From contig NW_027191452.1 in NCBI RefSeq assembly GCF_011745625.1, forward strand, positions 124,001 through 188,000: a stretch of DNA of 64,000 bases, given 5' to 3'. Every line of letters starts with the position of its first letter. Position 1 is the first letter of the stretch. Of the stretch, positions 62,804 through 64,000 are shown piece after piece. The DNA comes from Cladosporium halotolerans. Lineage: Eukaryota. The position numbers and the translations under genes are program-made. The notes below the pieces were generated by a model. The model was not told where the DNA came from. It ran no database searches and was given only the letters and a program-made list of their open reading frames with translations.

Positions 62804-63862
62804 TTAGATCATAGCAGCGTACTGCGGCTGAAAGGGTCCCTGGTTCCATCCAAAGTCGTTGAAACCACCCATGCCGAGGTCGTTGCCGCAATGCTGAGGA
62901 AGCATGCTTGGCAAAGGCACTGCAGGTATGGGCGCCATGCACTCAGGGGAGCTGTAGTAGTGCGTGGGAGCGGAGGTGTACGGTTGGCTGAGGGAAGGAG
63001 TGGGCGAGGGGAGCTGCACGTTGCTCAGGCCGGATTCTGGCCAGAAGCCGTTAGATGGTGTGTCGCTGCAGCTCGTCGCTGTAGGGGAGGGAGTCGACGG
63101 AAGCACCTGCCATGAGTCGATCGGCGCAGGGGGCTGGGACACCAACGTCGGAGTCGGCTGCCACCACCCGCCCATTACGGCGTTCTGAGTTTGGATGAAA
63201 GGCGCGGGGTGGATCACGTCGACAATTCTCGGGGGAGGCGGGAGGAGAGGAAGAAAGAGATTCATGATCTGGTTCTTCACATCCTCCGAGCGACCCTCGA
63301 GAAGCTCGCCAGCACCTTCCTCTTCAAGACCCTCAAGCGCACGAGCGCCAGTGCGGAACACGAAGCGGTTCGCGGCTTGCACAAACTCCTCTTGCAGTTT
63401 CTTCAGCTGCGCATCCTTCTCGGGCCAGCTCCAGGTGTTTGCAGCAACATCTACAGAGTAGATGTCCTTGTGGTACTCAATCAGCAAGTCGATCGTATCC
63501 GAAGTCAGCTTGAAAGCGACTTCGTGTTGAGATACCATATCGACGTGCACGACGTAGGCCTCGACGTGGATGACTTGGTAGTTGTGCAGAGCCTCCATCA
63601 AAGGGTTGTCATCCTTGCGTAGTTTCGTGTCGGCGGCTATGGGGAGCATCAGCGACGTCAAAGACCAGATCGCACCCTCGCCAGCAAGGGTCTCGGTGAG
63701 ACAGCGCATGTGTTGGGGCACGCTGTTCAAAGGGCGCTTGATCTTGTTGATGCGCTTGAGCGTCTGGGTCAACCAGGGCTCAACCTTTGTGTTGAGGACG
63801 ATGGTCGGTGCTGATCGGGGCGCAAAGGCCTGCGCCGACGCCGGCAACAGCTGCATAGGCAT
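62804..63862 (-). CDS. Conserved fungal hypothetical protein (352 aa)
   Basis: VEPWLTQTLKR...HVEAYVVHVDMV...FVFRT...GAGELL globular part followed by a Pro/Ser-rich tail; no function recognised. Confidence 0.8.
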   Translation of the reverse strand: MPMQLLPASAQAFAPRSAPTIVLNTKVEPWLTQTLKRINKIKRPLNSVPQHMRCLTETLAGEGAIWSLTSLMLPIAADTKLRKDDNPLMEALHNYQVIHVEAYVVHVDMVSQHEVAFKLTSDTIDLLIEYHKDIYSVDVAANTWSWPEKDAQLKKLQEEFVQAANRFVFRTGARALEGLEEEGAGELLEGRSEDVKNQIMNLFLPLLPPPPRIVDVIHPAPFIQTQNAVMGGWWQPTPTLVSQPPAPIDSWQVLPSTPSPTATSCSDTPSNGFWPESGLSNVQLPSPTPSLSQPYTSAPTHYYSSPECMAPIPAVPLPSMLPQHCGNDLGMGGFNDFGWNQGPFQPQYAAMI

Positions 63863-64000
63863 GGCGAGCGTTGTTCCGCGTGTCGGTGGTCGGATTGATT
63901 GTTTTGCACGTGCGATGTGGTGCGATGCGATGGGATGCGATGATATATGGACGGCGTTCCTAGGGTAAAACGAAGCACAAAATTAAAGGGAACGAGGAGA

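Overview
Gene-dense, intron-containing eukaryotic DNA from a filamentous ascomycete; intron signals (GTRAGT/GTAYGT, CTRAC, YAG) and protein sequences suggest a Dothideomycete, possibly Capnodiales/Mycosphaerellales (inference). About 25 protein-coding genes were reconstructed by hand: NPY1 (partial), HID1/ECM30, a secreted Thr-rich protein, a p24 cargo receptor, an EthD protein, a CAP10/GT90 glycosyltransferase, an arrestin-domain protein, SLS1-like, TAD1, TEF1, DBP8, KRI1, pacC, an ASG1-like Zn2Cys6 factor, a pyruvate decarboxylase-family enzyme, MKK1/2, a DUF6590-like protein, TeaR, RPS12, GID4/VID24-like and several hypotheticals. No transposon, rRNA, tRNA or CRISPR feature was recognised. 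Best finding: the 262-nt fourth coding intron of TEF1 hides a complete C2H2 zinc finger in the same frame as the upstream EF-1alpha exon, bounded by TAA codons lying inside the splice donor and the branch site. Other leads: a small two-exon Cys/His-rich gene missed by the ORF track, repeated C-rich to G-rich skew switches independent of gene orientation, a PemK/MazF-like motif in the DUF6590-like protein, and ten PacC sites upstream of pacC. All family assignments come from motif recognition, not database searches.
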